A DNA stretch of 64,000 nucleotides from a virus. Lineage: Duplodnaviria; Caudoviricetes. The stretch covers positions 2,076 through 66,075 of IMG/VR virus record IMGVR_UViG_3300043427_003544. One strand, 5' to 3'. The notes beneath the pieces were generated by a model that was given only the letters and a program-made list of their open reading frames with translations, was not told the DNA's origin and ran no database searches. Of the stretch, positions 1 to 10,190 are shown in pieces (the stretch's first letter is position 1; each line of letters starts with the position of its first letter). Both the position numbers and the translations under genes were made by a program.

Positions 1-370
1 TTCCTGATGAACCACTTGTACCAGAAGAACCATCTGTTCCCGATGAACCACTAGTTCCAGAAGAACCATCAGTTCCCGATGAACCACTAGTTCCAGAAGA
101 ACCATCAGTTCCTGATGAGCCTGACGTACCTGATGAACCATCTGTTCCTGAAGAACCACTAGTTCCAGAAGAACCATCAGTTCCTGATGAACCAGATGTG
201 CCTGAACTTCCACTTGTACCTGAAGAACCATCAATTCCTGAACTTCCGCTTGTTCCTGATGAGCCAGACGTACCTGAAGAACCATCAATTCCTGAGCTTC
301 CACTTGTACCTGAAGAACCATCAGTTCCTGATGAACCAGAACTTCCTGAGGAACCACTTATACCCGTTCC
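1..370 (-). repeat. Degenerate 9/18-bp tandem coding repeat (GSS/GTS/GTD/GID triplets)
   Basis: Recurring plus-strand units such as gttcctgatgaacc and ccagaagaaccatc. Confidence 0.9.
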
Positions 371-901
371 ACCTGCCAAAGAAATTAAATTCCAACCTGT
401 TTCTAAAGTTGTTCCTGTATTAATTGAATCTGAAGAAAAATCCGCAATAATTGTTGGGTCAGTAACATCCCATCCAATAACGACAGGTATAAAACCGACA
501 CTATTGGGGGATTGAAACCCGTCTTTTGAAGTTATGAATCCATTGCTCTCCGCGGCGTTCCATTTAGAAGCATAATCTGTAATATGAAAAACATAAAATT
601 CATTTGTCTCTATGACTCTTACTAACATTCCCACTTTTCTTCTTCCTGAAGTTAGTTGGTCTGATTGTGTTATGAGAATTTCTCCTGAGAATTCGAGAGG
701 AATGTTTGTTAAATTCAAGTCAGTTATACTATAGACAGACATATAACCACCAGCAATATATACATCATATGTTAGAGGCTCAACTGAATTTATTTGTATT
801 CCTGTTGCAGGAGACACAGGTGCCTGAAAACTTGGTGAGTCTCCTTGGTTGTACCAAGCAAATTCACCGTCAACTAAAGGTAATGTATAATTAAATGGCA
901 T
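2..901 (-). CDS. Collagen-like Gly-Ser-rich repeat protein, putative fibre/virion protein (3'-truncated by window edge; missing from ORF track)
   Basis: ATG at 901 reads MPFNYTLPLVDGEFAWYNQG...GGYMSV...RRKVGMLVRV...AGGTGISGSSGSSGSSGTDGSSGTSGSSGIDGSSG, open to the window start; Gly at every third residue over about the last 120 codons. Confidence 0.8.
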   Translation of the reverse strand, partial: MPFNYTLPLVDGEFAWYNQGDSPSFQAPVSPATGIQINSVEPLTYDVYIAGGYMSVYSITDLNLTNIPLEFSGEILITQSDQLTSGRRKVGMLVRVIETNEFYVFHITDYASKWNAAESNGFITSKDGFQSPNSVGFIPVVIGWDVTDPTIIADFSSDSINTGTTLETGWNLISLAGGTGISGSSGSSGSSGTDGSSGTSGSSGIDGSSGTSGSSGTSGSSGIDGSSGTSGSSGTSGSSGTDGSSGTSGSSGTDGSSGTSGSSGTDGSSGTSGSSGTDGSSGTSGSSGTDGSSGTSGSSG

Positions 902-922
902 ATCCTATAATTATAATAATCA

Positions 923-2269
923 TCAAATTAATGTACCTCCGCGGAAGAAAATATTATTATTATTTTGTGTAATTCTTGACCCTGTATTTGTGAAACTAGA
1001 ATAAACTCTATATACACCATTCGGTATATTTGTTCCTCCAGTATAATTGAATATTATTGATGACATGTTTGCCCTTTGCGTGACTGTAGTGTTAAGGTTA
1101 GGATTATTAATATTTGTCACTAAAGTCGCATATCTTCTCGTCTCTGTTGCAGCAGTAGGAATAATCCATGTATACCAACCTGCAACCCCATTTGGAGTCG
1201 TTGTTCCAGAAAGAATTCTTGTTGTTGTCATGGTATTTGCGGTGATAGGTATGTTGTATGCATCAACACCTCTTGTTATGTTATATGTTGCCCCTGTCTT
1301 AATAGATGGTTCTGTAACACCCCACCCTGAATACCTCACATATGAGTTCATTTCTATATTAAAAGTATCCGAATTATTTAAGTTTGGAGAATTGATGTTA
1401 AAACCTCTAAATACACTTCCTTGAGATGTCATATAGTTGTCTAATTCTGTTCTTACTTCCAGCTGGTTAGAATCTATAAATAAGAAAGAAACAAATTCAA
1501 CCGCAGGTGTTAGACTTGGGGTTACTGTATTTGTAGGAGTTACTGTTGGAGTTGGAGTTGTAGTTTCTGTGACTGATGGTGTTGGGGTTGGCGAAGGAGT
1601 CTCTGTCGGGGTCGTAGTCTGTGTAGGAGTAGTTGTTTCAGTAACAGACGGAGTTGGTGTTCCAGTTTCAGTAGGGGTCGTAGTTTCTGTTGGAGTGACC
1701 GTGGGTGTTTCAGTATTAGTTGGCGTATTGGTTGGGGTTGTTGTTGGTGTTTCTGTATTTGTAGGTGTGTTCGTAGGAGTTACTGTTGGTGTTTCAGTAA
1801 CAGATGGAGTTGGTGTAGAACTAGCTCCAAATGAAATAGTGACAGTTGGTGTTGGTGTCATAGTTGGTGTTTGGGATGGTGATTCGCAAGGTGGTAGTGG
1901 GGTTTGTGCCGGAGTTCTTGAGGGTGTAGGCACAGGAGGTGTTTTTGTAGGGGTAGGGGTTATTGTAGATGTTGGTGTTTCACTTGTTGTTGGTGTATTT
2001 GTAGGTGTATCTGATGGGGTTAAGAAAGGGGTGTTTGTTGTTGTAGGTGTTGGTGACGGTAAAATATAAACGTATTCTTCAATCGTACAATTTTTTGAAT
2101 CAGTAATTTTAACAATAAAGTTGTTATTGTCATATGGAGAAGGAACGTCAAATGAATATGGAAATATGGTCACACTTGCAACAAATACACAATTAGCACT
2201 CATAGAGTCACAATAATAAACTTGTGCTGGTGTATTACCCGTAAAACTTATTATTTCTACTCTTGTCAT
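923..2269 (-). CDS. Mucin-like Thr/Pro-repeat protein, putative virion-associated
   Basis: 448 aa: small Cys-containing N-domain, about 185 aa TPTPT/TETPT/PTVT linker, globular C-domain; located among structural genes. Confidence 0.75.
   Translation of the reverse strand: MTRVEIISFTGNTPAQVYYCDSMSANCVFVASVTIFPYSFDVPSPYDNNNFIVKITDSKNCTIEEYVYILPSPTPTTTNTPFLTPSDTPTNTPTTSETPTSTITPTPTKTPPVPTPSRTPAQTPLPPCESPSQTPTMTPTPTVTISFGASSTPTPSVTETPTVTPTNTPTNTETPTTTPTNTPTNTETPTVTPTETTTPTETGTPTPSVTETTTPTQTTTPTETPSPTPTPSVTETTTPTPTVTPTNTVTPSLTPAVEFVSFLFIDSNQLEVRTELDNYMTSQGSVFRGFNINSPNLNNSDTFNIEMNSYVRYSGWGVTEPSIKTGATYNITRGVDAYNIPITANTMTTTRILSGTTTPNGVAGWYTWIIPTAATETRRYATLVTNINNPNLNTTVTQRANMSSIIFNYTGGTNIPNGVYRVYSSFTNTGSRITQNNNNIFFRGGTLI
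1500..2070 (-). repeat. Low-complexity Thr/Pro coding repeat
   Basis: PTPTTTNTP...TETPTVTPTNTPTNTETPTTTPT in the minus-strand frame. Confidence 0.9.
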
Positions 2270-4398
2270 TGTTCACAAATTATATCGTAACTAATCAACA
2301 AATCGACTGTGAGCTGTTGACTGTTTAATGGACCATCAGGTGCCGCTTGTATAGTGATTTGATTCGAAAATTCGTTTACTGTAACTGTCTGAATACCAGG
2401 AATTGTTAATATCAAACCCCTTACTGTATTAATCCAAAGATTATCTGAGGGAGGTGACAGAAGAGAATTAGTTGTATAAAATTCGCTTTCATAAGTATCA
2501 CCTGCCGGTTCAACCATTACTCTCGCAGTAAAAGTTGCGGAACTCAAAATACATCCACTGTTAGTTTCCGTTAAATCATAAAAACCTTGATTCAACATTT
2601 GCAAAAGTCCACATTTTGTCCCATCAGTAATTTGGAATTCCTCACTACCCATGGAATAAATCTGATAAGAAACATAACTCGAACCACACGTTATTTGAGT
2701 AGTTCTTTGTAAAGTACATCCACTACTATCTATTATAGAAACTGAATATGTTCCAGCCGTAAGTCCTGTGACCGTAATTGTTTGAGGATTATTTGGTACA
2801 TTTGCCGACCAACTAAACGTAAAAGGTGGCACACCAGATGAAATGAAAGCAGTTATTGTTCCTTCACTACCACTACCACAACTCGAAGAATAAAGACTAT
2901 ATGAAATTGGCTCTGAATAATCAACATAAAATTGTTCCGAAATTGTACATCCGTCCGCATCAACGACCGATACTGAATGTAGACCAGAAGAAACATTTGT
3001 GAATGTGACTGCTGATTGCGTTGTATCGAGTATCTGTATAGTATTGTCTAAAATATAATCAAAAGGTGATGTACCTCCCGAGGTTTTTGTGACTCTTACA
3101 ATCGCATTAGAATTACCACAAGTAGTACCAGTAATTTGTGTTGATATATTAAATTTGTTCGTCGCTATAATGGTCTCTTCTTCTTGATATGAACAGCCTG
3201 AGCTGTCTGAAACCACTACAGTATATGTACCTGCCGTTAAGTTTGTAAAATCATATGATGTACTTAATGTTGAAACCGAAGTTGTATTTGATGTTGGATA
3301 AATTAATGTATAGGTATATGGAGTTGTTCCTCCAACAACATCTATCGAAATTACTCCGTTATTTTGAGAACAGTTTGAATTTGTACTATTAATTGAAACT
3401 GAGCTCATACCATTTGGTGTGAGTAGTTGTGCGGTTTCAGTTATACTACAAAATCCTGAATCAGTAACCTTGATAGTTACGGCACCTGCAGTTAGTCCTG
3501 TTACTGTGAAAGTTTTAGCATAAGATATTTGAAATGCACCTGTAGATGCCGAATAAAAATAAGGGACGGTTCCTCCCGTGATTACCATCGTGAGTGACCC
3601 ATTATTTTGAAAACATGTTGGTTGGGATACTATAAAATTTCCAAATCCAATAGGGTCTACTTTCGGTACTGTAAAGCTTTTACTTAAAGTACATCCAACA
3701 TAATCTGTCACTGTAACACTATAAACTCCTTCAGTCAATCCTGTAATTGTATCCCCTGTCTGACCATTATTCCAAAGATATGTGTAGGGATAATAACCAG
3801 TTTGTCCTGTAATGTATATTTTGCCAATTGCAGAACCTCCACAAGAAGAATTAGGAACTATGTACGCATCATAATCAAATGGTGTTGAATTACCAATTAC
3901 CATGGTTTGACTTTGTCCCGTGCACCCCCCTAAATCAAGTACAGTAATATAGTACGTTCCAGCACTTAAACTGTCAAAATTTACAAAATTTGTATTTGTA
4001 GTTGCAGAGTTTACGAGTGTACCCGCCGAAGTGTAAAGATAAAAATTTGTAGATGAATAATCTGAACTAGAGCTTGCACTTATAGAACCATTTTGTAAAT
4101 CACAAGTGGTATTATAAACATTAGTTATATTTGTACATACTCCACTTGATACTGGAATACTAGCCAAAAATTGTAGATTGGTAGGTAATGTACTATCACT
4201 CAATCTAACCGCATAAGCCTGAGCACTTAATCCTGTTCTTACCGATGGAAAAGTTGTAATTGTATCATATCCCAAATCAGGTGATTCCCAAGTAACTATG
4301 TATGGTGGTGTACCACCGAAAGGTAGAATACTTATACTACCTGATGAATTACTTTCACAGTCTCCTGTGATTAATATGGTATAATTAAATTCAGCCAT
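2266..4398 (-). CDS. SprB-repeat (Bacteroidota adhesin-like) protein, putative tail fibre/decoration
   Basis: Several repeats of C..nG.I....GGtpPY.Y.W...L.AG.Y.V.V.D..GC, the SprB repeat pattern; ATG at 4398 (GTG at 4401). Confidence 0.75.
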   Translation of the reverse strand: MAEFNYTILITGDCESNSSGSISILPFGGTPPYIVTWESPDLGYDTITTFPSVRTGLSAQAYAVRLSDSTLPTNLQFLASIPVSSGVCTNITNVYNTTCDLQNGSISASSSSDYSSTNFYLYTSAGTLVNSATTNTNFVNFDSLSAGTYYITVLDLGGCTGQSQTMVIGNSTPFDYDAYIVPNSSCGGSAIGKIYITGQTGYYPYTYLWNNGQTGDTITGLTEGVYSVTVTDYVGCTLSKSFTVPKVDPIGFGNFIVSQPTCFQNNGSLTMVITGGTVPYFYSASTGAFQISYAKTFTVTGLTAGAVTIKVTDSGFCSITETAQLLTPNGMSSVSINSTNSNCSQNNGVISIDVVGGTTPYTYTLIYPTSNTTSVSTLSTSYDFTNLTAGTYTVVVSDSSGCSYQEEETIIATNKFNISTQITGTTCGNSNAIVRVTKTSGGTSPFDYILDNTIQILDTTQSAVTFTNVSSGLHSVSVVDADGCTISEQFYVDYSEPISYSLYSSSCGSGSEGTITAFISSGVPPFTFSWSANVPNNPQTITVTGLTAGTYSVSIIDSSGCTLQRTTQITCGSSYVSYQIYSMGSEEFQITDGTKCGLLQMLNQGFYDLTETNSGCILSSATFTARVMVEPAGDTYESEFYTTNSLLSPPSDNLWINTVRGLILTIPGIQTVTVNEFSNQITIQAAPDGPLNSQQLTVDLLISYDIICEQ

Positions 4399-7369
4399 CA
4401 CAACTTATTTCTATATTTATACCAACATTTAAAAACAGGTTCTCTCCGATGTTAATTGGTGTCATAGTCAAATTATATACAGTCAAATCATTACCATTTA
4501 AAAAATATCCCAAATTATATGATGTTAGTTGTGGTAAATTATTTATAAGAGCAGTTCTCCAAGCAGTATTTGTAGGAACGTCAGTAGAACCGTAGCCCGT
4601 ATAGAATTGTTCTTGAATTATTATTTGGTCATTCAATCTTAAATCTACAAACCATTCTGATTTTAAAGAATCTAATAAACAATCGGTAATTAATAAACCT
4701 TGTGATGTTAGAAAATTATTCAATCTGTTGTTCAAAATACTACTGAAGTTTGAAACAGTAATATCCCCGTTTAACCAAGGATAGATTGAAAAGTCTACAA
4801 ACTCTTTGCTGCAGGTATAATCAAAAATATTCGAAACAATATAACAAGATTGTACCGGTACAGGTACAAATTCACACCCTCTCTGTCTTCTATATACAAA
4901 TTTTTGTCTGTGGAAAATAGAATTTTCATATTTTATTCCTGATGTCCATATTGTTGTTGCTGGAACCATTTGTTCAATCAGTTTCATCCAATAAGGACCA
5001 AGTCCCTCAACATAATCAATTAACTTTTGATAGGTATACTTGTTATTTGGAATACCTACGGTTTGTTGTGATTCTATGTATTTCCAAAATATTGATTGTA
5101 GAGTTGGATAGCCTCCTGTTTTTCCATCGGTAATAAATTGTCTATTTCTCGTGTTGATTGTATTTTGCCAGAAAGTCTGTAAAAATTCAAAAAATGTTTT
5201 CTTTTTCGGTTCAGGATTTATGTAGGTTATATCTATACCACCTGGTACTACGAATGTCGCACTAAAACCAGATTCAGGTATTGGATAATCAAAATTTACA
5301 GATTCGTCCCAAACATCATAAGCCAAACCTTGTCCAGGATTCAAAGCAATTTCAACATTCTTCGCATTCAAAACTAACTTCTCATTATCTACGAAATAAT
5401 AAGCGTTATAGTTTCCCTGTTTAGATATTCTTATTTTATCGTCGTCCGCCAACCATGATTTATTATTATCAATAACCTTTCTAAGTTTGAATCCCTCGGT
5501 CATAAAAGGAAATTGTCTATATAAATCCAAATAGATTTGACCATAGGTGAAAGGTTGTAATTGTGTTTGTATATCATAATTTTGTCCAGTATAGATTGCG
5601 CCGTTCAAAACTACTTCATCAGGACTTCTGTGTTGTGGGGTTACTTGGTACCAGCCAGCGCCTTTTTGAAAGAACATATTTTCGTTAGGTGTTGGAGCTT
5701 TGGGGAAACCCTCATCGTCAACAGGATAATCTGCTCTATCAACATTAACTTCTTGATACTCATCAGTCACAGTAAAAGCTGTGTACAGTTGACCCTTTAT
5801 TTTATATGTGTCTCCAGGTAGTAGTGATGGTAATTCTTGTACGTAAGTACCTCCTGATATGGCTGCGTATTGAGAGTCAAAGACCTCCATATTTATTTTT
5901 TGGTCAGCCAAGTATATGTGTTCGTTAAATTCTACCAAGGAATCAGGAGCACCTATTAATCTCAAGAGAAATTCTATAGACCTTCTTGTTCCTTTGGATT
6001 TGAAAAGATAAGCAGAATTTAAAATTAAATTTCTGTAGAATTGGTAATTGAGTTCTGTTGGTGTCAATGTTCTAGAGAAACCAGGATACTCATTCACCGC
6101 TTGATTTCCAAAAACACTTTGTAAAAAGTTCTCATCTGCAATTGGCGAAAAGTTAGAAGACCATCCTAAAGTTCTTGCTAAGTTATACAATAATTGAGAT
6201 GGTATGTCATTTGCCGGTACGTAATCGACTGAGGTCATGTACGCCAAACCGTCAATAAAAATTTTTATTTCATCAAAACTTCTACCATAAAGTTGAAATA
6301 CTTTTTCAACCTTTTGTCCCAAAGTATCGAATTCTTTTAATGAACCTGAAACCAAGAATCTCGACAATAGATTAGTTTTAAACTCGTCCATGTTTACTGC
6401 AACGGATTCTAGTCTCTCCAAATAATTGTCAAAACCAACTGACCTTATATCTAAGTTCCATGTACCATCTTTCGGCCAAGTCACCAATACATTCGAAAGA
6501 TAAAATTGACCAAAATCATCCTGTTGAGGAACTTTAAAATCTGCAGTGTATTCGGGAGATACTAATCTGTTCAGAAGATATTTTTCTATTACATCAAAAT
6601 TTTCTTCGAACACTTTATCGACGGTCATGTTATTTGGTCTAATAACAAAATCTTGATAATAAGTTGTTGCAGTTGTACCAAAAGGTGCTCCTGAAACATA
6701 AAATGAAATTGTACCTGTACTTAGTGAGGGTGAAGGTGTAAAGGATTCTATCTTATATTCTATATCATCGATATGAATTGCATAATCCAAATAAGTTTTG
6801 GATAAGTTCCTATACTTAGAAACTTCCATTTCTCTAACACTAAGATTAGTTGTTGCGTTTGTTGAATAATCTATTTCAAAAGGATTATTAATCCTATTAA
6901 CATTAACCTCGAAATAAGTCTCATTATTAACTGAGTCGAAAGAAATATTTGTTGCGGTTGCTCCCGTTGTAAAATTTAATTGTGAATAGAGTACATCCAA
7001 TCCAGCAGGAAAGAAATTAATAATCTTTGTGATAGATACACTAAATCTTTTAGCCAGAGAACCATACATCGAAAAATTACCAACTTGTGAAACATCAAAA
7101 TTTGGTACTACTCTGAATTGTGTCTGTAAGATTCTATCACCTTCTAAGGTTGAATTTATTTGTAAGTTTTCTAAACTAATAGGTGAAGAAAATGCCCCAA
7201 CATTAAAAGTTCTATTAACTTTTTCAGCAACAGACGTTGTAAATTCAAAATTACCTTGGGTAAGACCTCCTCCATTAACCGTTTGTAATCCTACGATTTC
7301 ATCCGAGAATGTTCCAGCTCCACTGCCTGGCCTCGGAGGATAAAAATATTTTTGCCTTGTTGACGCCAT
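4391..7369 (-). CDS. Baseplate wedge/tail protein (P2 gpI / T4 gp7-like region)
   Basis: LYNLARTLGW...YLFKSKGTRRSIEFLLRLIG resembles the 'KGT..SI..LL' motif of tail-I/wedge proteins; structural context. Confidence 0.55.
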   Translation of the reverse strand: MASTRQKYFYPPRPGSGAGTFSDEIVGLQTVNGGGLTQGNFEFTTSVAEKVNRTFNVGAFSSPISLENLQINSTLEGDRILQTQFRVVPNFDVSQVGNFSMYGSLAKRFSVSITKIINFFPAGLDVLYSQLNFTTGATATNISFDSVNNETYFEVNVNRINNPFEIDYSTNATTNLSVREMEVSKYRNLSKTYLDYAIHIDDIEYKIESFTPSPSLSTGTISFYVSGAPFGTTATTYYQDFVIRPNNMTVDKVFEENFDVIEKYLLNRLVSPEYTADFKVPQQDDFGQFYLSNVLVTWPKDGTWNLDIRSVGFDNYLERLESVAVNMDEFKTNLLSRFLVSGSLKEFDTLGQKVEKVFQLYGRSFDEIKIFIDGLAYMTSVDYVPANDIPSQLLYNLARTLGWSSNFSPIADENFLQSVFGNQAVNEYPGFSRTLTPTELNYQFYRNLILNSAYLFKSKGTRRSIEFLLRLIGAPDSLVEFNEHIYLADQKINMEVFDSQYAAISGGTYVQELPSLLPGDTYKIKGQLYTAFTVTDEYQEVNVDRADYPVDDEGFPKAPTPNENMFFQKGAGWYQVTPQHRSPDEVVLNGAIYTGQNYDIQTQLQPFTYGQIYLDLYRQFPFMTEGFKLRKVIDNNKSWLADDDKIRISKQGNYNAYYFVDNEKLVLNAKNVEIALNPGQGLAYDVWDESVNFDYPIPESGFSATFVVPGGIDITYINPEPKKKTFFEFLQTFWQNTINTRNRQFITDGKTGGYPTLQSIFWKYIESQQTVGIPNNKYTYQKLIDYVEGLGPYWMKLIEQMVPATTIWTSGIKYENSIFHRQKFVYRRQRGCEFVPVPVQSCYIVSNIFDYTCSKEFVDFSIYPWLNGDITVSNFSSILNNRLNNFLTSQGLLITDCLLDSLKSEWFVDLRLNDQIIIQEQFYTGYGSTDVPTNTAWRTALINNLPQLTSYNLGYFLNGNDLTVYNLTMTPINIGENLFLNVGINIEISCDG

Positions 7370-8277
7370 TAGCTCGTTATTGTGTTAAAGTTCTTACTGA
7401 AATCTATATTGTTGCCCCTACTTTCTCTAACCTCGTACAACAACGCGTTGAATTGGTCTCTAATCTCATATAAGTTGTATTGTCTGTAAATGTTATTTGC
7501 AGAATCGTATATTGTGTAAATTCCATCATCAATTGATTTAGTTTGATTTCCATAAAGAGCTATCGCCAGTGATGAAATATCATACTCTACCATTTCAACT
7601 TCTATACTTACAGGATTGAAATATGTGTTGCTTATAATAATATCTTGGTCTGGTTGTCCTATAAATGGTGTCGCATTTGGTTTGTTTGTTGGTGATGAAG
7701 AGGGTGAAACAGTTAAAAAAAGTAAATTTGTCTGCCCATCAACATACCTATACCTAATCGCTTTTTGAGATGTGTTTACTTGATTTGTTATGATTGGTTC
7801 GCAATAGAAACATGAAGTTATAATTCTGAAGAAGTTCGGAATTTTTGAACCGTCAGCATTTAAGTATTCAATTCTAAATCCGACTAGACCTTGTGGAACA
7901 AATTTATTTAAAAAATTCGAGGGTACATTAGTTAAATCAATAACTAAACCTTTAACATTTGGAAGAGCACTTAATATACCGCAATCCGTTATTGTTGTTC
8001 TAATCTGAGCAGCTCTCAAATAAAGAGTGTAAATTCCAAGTTGGTTAAACTCATCTGCCGGTAATGTTAAATTATATAATCCACCTAAAATTTCTACACC
8101 ATTATTTCCTCCCGTTTCGGAGTTATTAAAATAAGGTCTCAAAATTGTTGATGCATCTAATCTTTTCAACACGAAAGAATTTGTAACATCCCTTGATGGT
8201 GTATAATTAAGAATTATCTCCACATCATCTGGAGAAACATCACTTGGTCTCAGTGTTCCATATGTTCCTATTGCCAT
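7369..8277 (-). CDS. Hypothetical phage structural protein
   Basis: 302-aa ORF abutting its neighbours in the structural operon, upstream TATTTAT motif. Confidence 0.6.
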   Translation of the reverse strand: MAIGTYGTLRPSDVSPDDVEIILNYTPSRDVTNSFVLKRLDASTILRPYFNNSETGGNNGVEILGGLYNLTLPADEFNQLGIYTLYLRAAQIRTTITDCGILSALPNVKGLVIDLTNVPSNFLNKFVPQGLVGFRIEYLNADGSKIPNFFRIITSCFYCEPIITNQVNTSQKAIRYRYVDGQTNLLFLTVSPSSSPTNKPNATPFIGQPDQDIIISNTYFNPVSIEVEMVEYDISSLAIALYGNQTKSIDDGIYTIYDSANNIYRQYNLYEIRDQFNALLYEVRESRGNNIDFSKNFNTITS

Positions 8278-8304
8278 TTTATTGTATTATATTTTATAAA
8301 TAGT

Positions 8305-9387
8305 TTATGTCCTTTTTTCAACGTTGAAAAATCCATATCCATAATTTAATAAATCCCCTAAATTATCTACCTCTCCCAATCTTTGTACTCTTTCAAACGC
8401 ACTATTTTTTCCTCTCTCAACAAATATGTCTGTCTGAATCTGTCCTTGGTCTATAACTTTTATTAAAGATTCGTCTTTTGTAATTGGTTCTGCAGTTATA
8501 TTATTTTCAGTTAAACCTGAAGATTGTGCAAAACTTAAAGTGAATCCTTCTTTATAATCATAATAATCAACATTTTGTATAGTATATGCCGTAAATATTG
8601 GATTCATATCTGTAATCGCACCGTATATTTCACCATTCTTTATTACAGGTGCACCAACAACATATGTCTTCAATCCGTATTGTGCTAATTCTGTAACTCT
8701 AGATTTTGTTTCAGACGAAACTGTAAATGGGACTGTTGTGTAGTTGGAACTTATTTGTGAATTAACTGTGTTGACCGCATCTCCACTAAATATATAATCA
8801 TAACTTATGGGAGTTGCAGACCAACTTCCAACATTAGATGTAAAGAAAACTCTACCCTTTGGGTTATAAATTACTTCATTTTTAAATGGAACTTTTATTT
8901 TTTTGTAAACATCAACGACACCCCATGGATTTACTTGTTTCAATCTTATTGTGTATGAGTTTACTCCTGTTGGATATGTATGTGAAATGTAATTAGGTGT
9001 ATAAGTAGTTATTACTTCTATTTGTGAGCCATCACCCCAATCTACTGAATAAGTAGAGAGTTCAATAAACTTTTGATAATTTTGCGATGTGTTGTAAAAA
9101 TAATATGTATATGGTGATGAAGTTGTTGCTGAGAATAAAAAATTTGTTACGATGTCTTGTTGTAAGATTTCTCCATCGAAAGGAGTATAATATCCTGCAT
9201 CATATGTTGTTTGTGTCAATAAAATAGGAACTGTAAGTCCTGTCAGAGTAGAAGTACCATTTGGTCCTGAACTTATTAATTTTTGCATTGATTCATAATA
9301 TCCAACACTAACACCATCAACTGTTGTGGTTTTGATGTCGCTAGTTACTGTTTCAGGAGATATAATAAATTTATAAGAATTACTCAT
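8305..9387 (-). CDS. Hypothetical structural protein with PKD/Ig-like segment
   Basis: VDWGDGS...ISHTYP..YTIRLKQVNPWG is PKD-like; start moved to ATG 9387, which overlaps the upstream TGA (ATGA). Confidence 0.55.
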   Translation of the reverse strand: MSNSYKFIISPETVTSDIKTTTVDGVSVGYYESMQKLISSGPNGTSTLTGLTVPILLTQTTYDAGYYTPFDGEILQQDIVTNFLFSATTSSPYTYYFYNTSQNYQKFIELSTYSVDWGDGSQIEVITTYTPNYISHTYPTGVNSYTIRLKQVNPWGVVDVYKKIKVPFKNEVIYNPKGRVFFTSNVGSWSATPISYDYIFSGDAVNTVNSQISSNYTTVPFTVSSETKSRVTELAQYGLKTYVVGAPVIKNGEIYGAITDMNPIFTAYTIQNVDYYDYKEGFTLSFAQSSGLTENNITAEPITKDESLIKVIDQGQIQTDIFVERGKNSAFERVQRLGEVDNLGDLLNYGYGFFNVEKRT

Positions 9388-10190
9388 GGTCTTGGAGGAT
9401 TTACGTACTCGAACCATTTAATAGGAGTTGTGGTCCCTATTCTTGTTCCTGTTTTTATGTCGAATATTTTGTAATTTAAATCTATATAATCTAAAACTAC
9501 TCTATAATAAAAATAAATTGTGCTGTCAAAAGCATAAACATTATTACCAAACGAAGAGGTTGCTAAAGATGATTGAGGCTCGTTCATCATTTTAGTGAAT
9601 TGCCCTGTACTAGCATTGTAAAATTTTGCAGTCATGTAGAAAGTATTGATGGGTAAGAACTTCAAACTTTTTAACCAATAAATAAAAAAACCTTCTTTAT
9701 CCCCAATATAATCTAATTTATATTTGGGTTTCCTTATTTTAACAGGGGTTCGTGCCATATTGATGTCCATAAATTCTCCCTGTTGTGTGGGTATAATAAT
9801 TGTGAAATAATTTTTTTGTCTTTTCTCGTCAACACTATCATAAAAATCCAATTTGAAAAAAGAATTTGAAAATCTGTTTCGGTAATAAAATATATCTTGC
9901 GAGGTAAATCCTTCTCCCAAATAACTATTTTGCCAATTTGTAGATGAAGTTAAACTACCACCAGAATAAAAATAAAACTCATAATTTATTTCCGTTTTCC
10001 CGTTCGTGTCGGCAGCGTGTGGAAATCTGTTGACCTCAAAATCATACCCAACACCAACAACGTCTTTTACCGATTTTATTTCATATTGGTCAATAGCATC
10101 GTCAAGTCCCTCATAATCCCATTTCAACTCAATTGGTATGTTGATGTTTTTATTAGGTGCAATATTCCTTAAAAAATTGAATTTATTCAC
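9384..10190 (-). CDS. Hypothetical phage structural protein
   Basis: 268-aa aromatic-rich ORF overlapping both neighbours. Confidence 0.55.
   Translation of the reverse strand: MNKFNFLRNIAPNKNINIPIELKWDYEGLDDAIDQYEIKSVKDVVGVGYDFEVNRFPHAADTNGKTEINYEFYFYSGGSLTSSTNWQNSYLGEGFTSQDIFYYRNRFSNSFFKLDFYDSVDEKRQKNYFTIIIPTQQGEFMDINMARTPVKIRKPKYKLDYIGDKEGFFIYWLKSLKFLPINTFYMTAKFYNASTGQFTKMMNEPQSSLATSSFGNNVYAFDSTIYFYYRVVLDYIDLNYKIFDIKTGTRIGTTTPIKWFEYVNPPRP

Noticed and set aside
1-370. Short tandem repeats at both window ends as possible CRISPR array
   Set aside because: Repeats are in-frame, degenerate at third codon positions and lack unique spacers; no cas genes seen.
187-515. Plus-strand ORFs 187..423 and 198..515 (PEEP/PELP and NHQFL repeats)
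   Set aside because: Antisense shadows of the minus-strand Gly-Ser repeat gene, which has a proper start and N-domain and matches the operon direction.
1047-2069. Plus-strand Val/Gly-rich ORFs (1047..1424, 1437..2069) that look like membrane proteins
   Set aside because: Reverse-complement artefacts of the minus-strand 923..2269 gene; ACN/CCN codons read as GT/GG-rich codons on the other strand.
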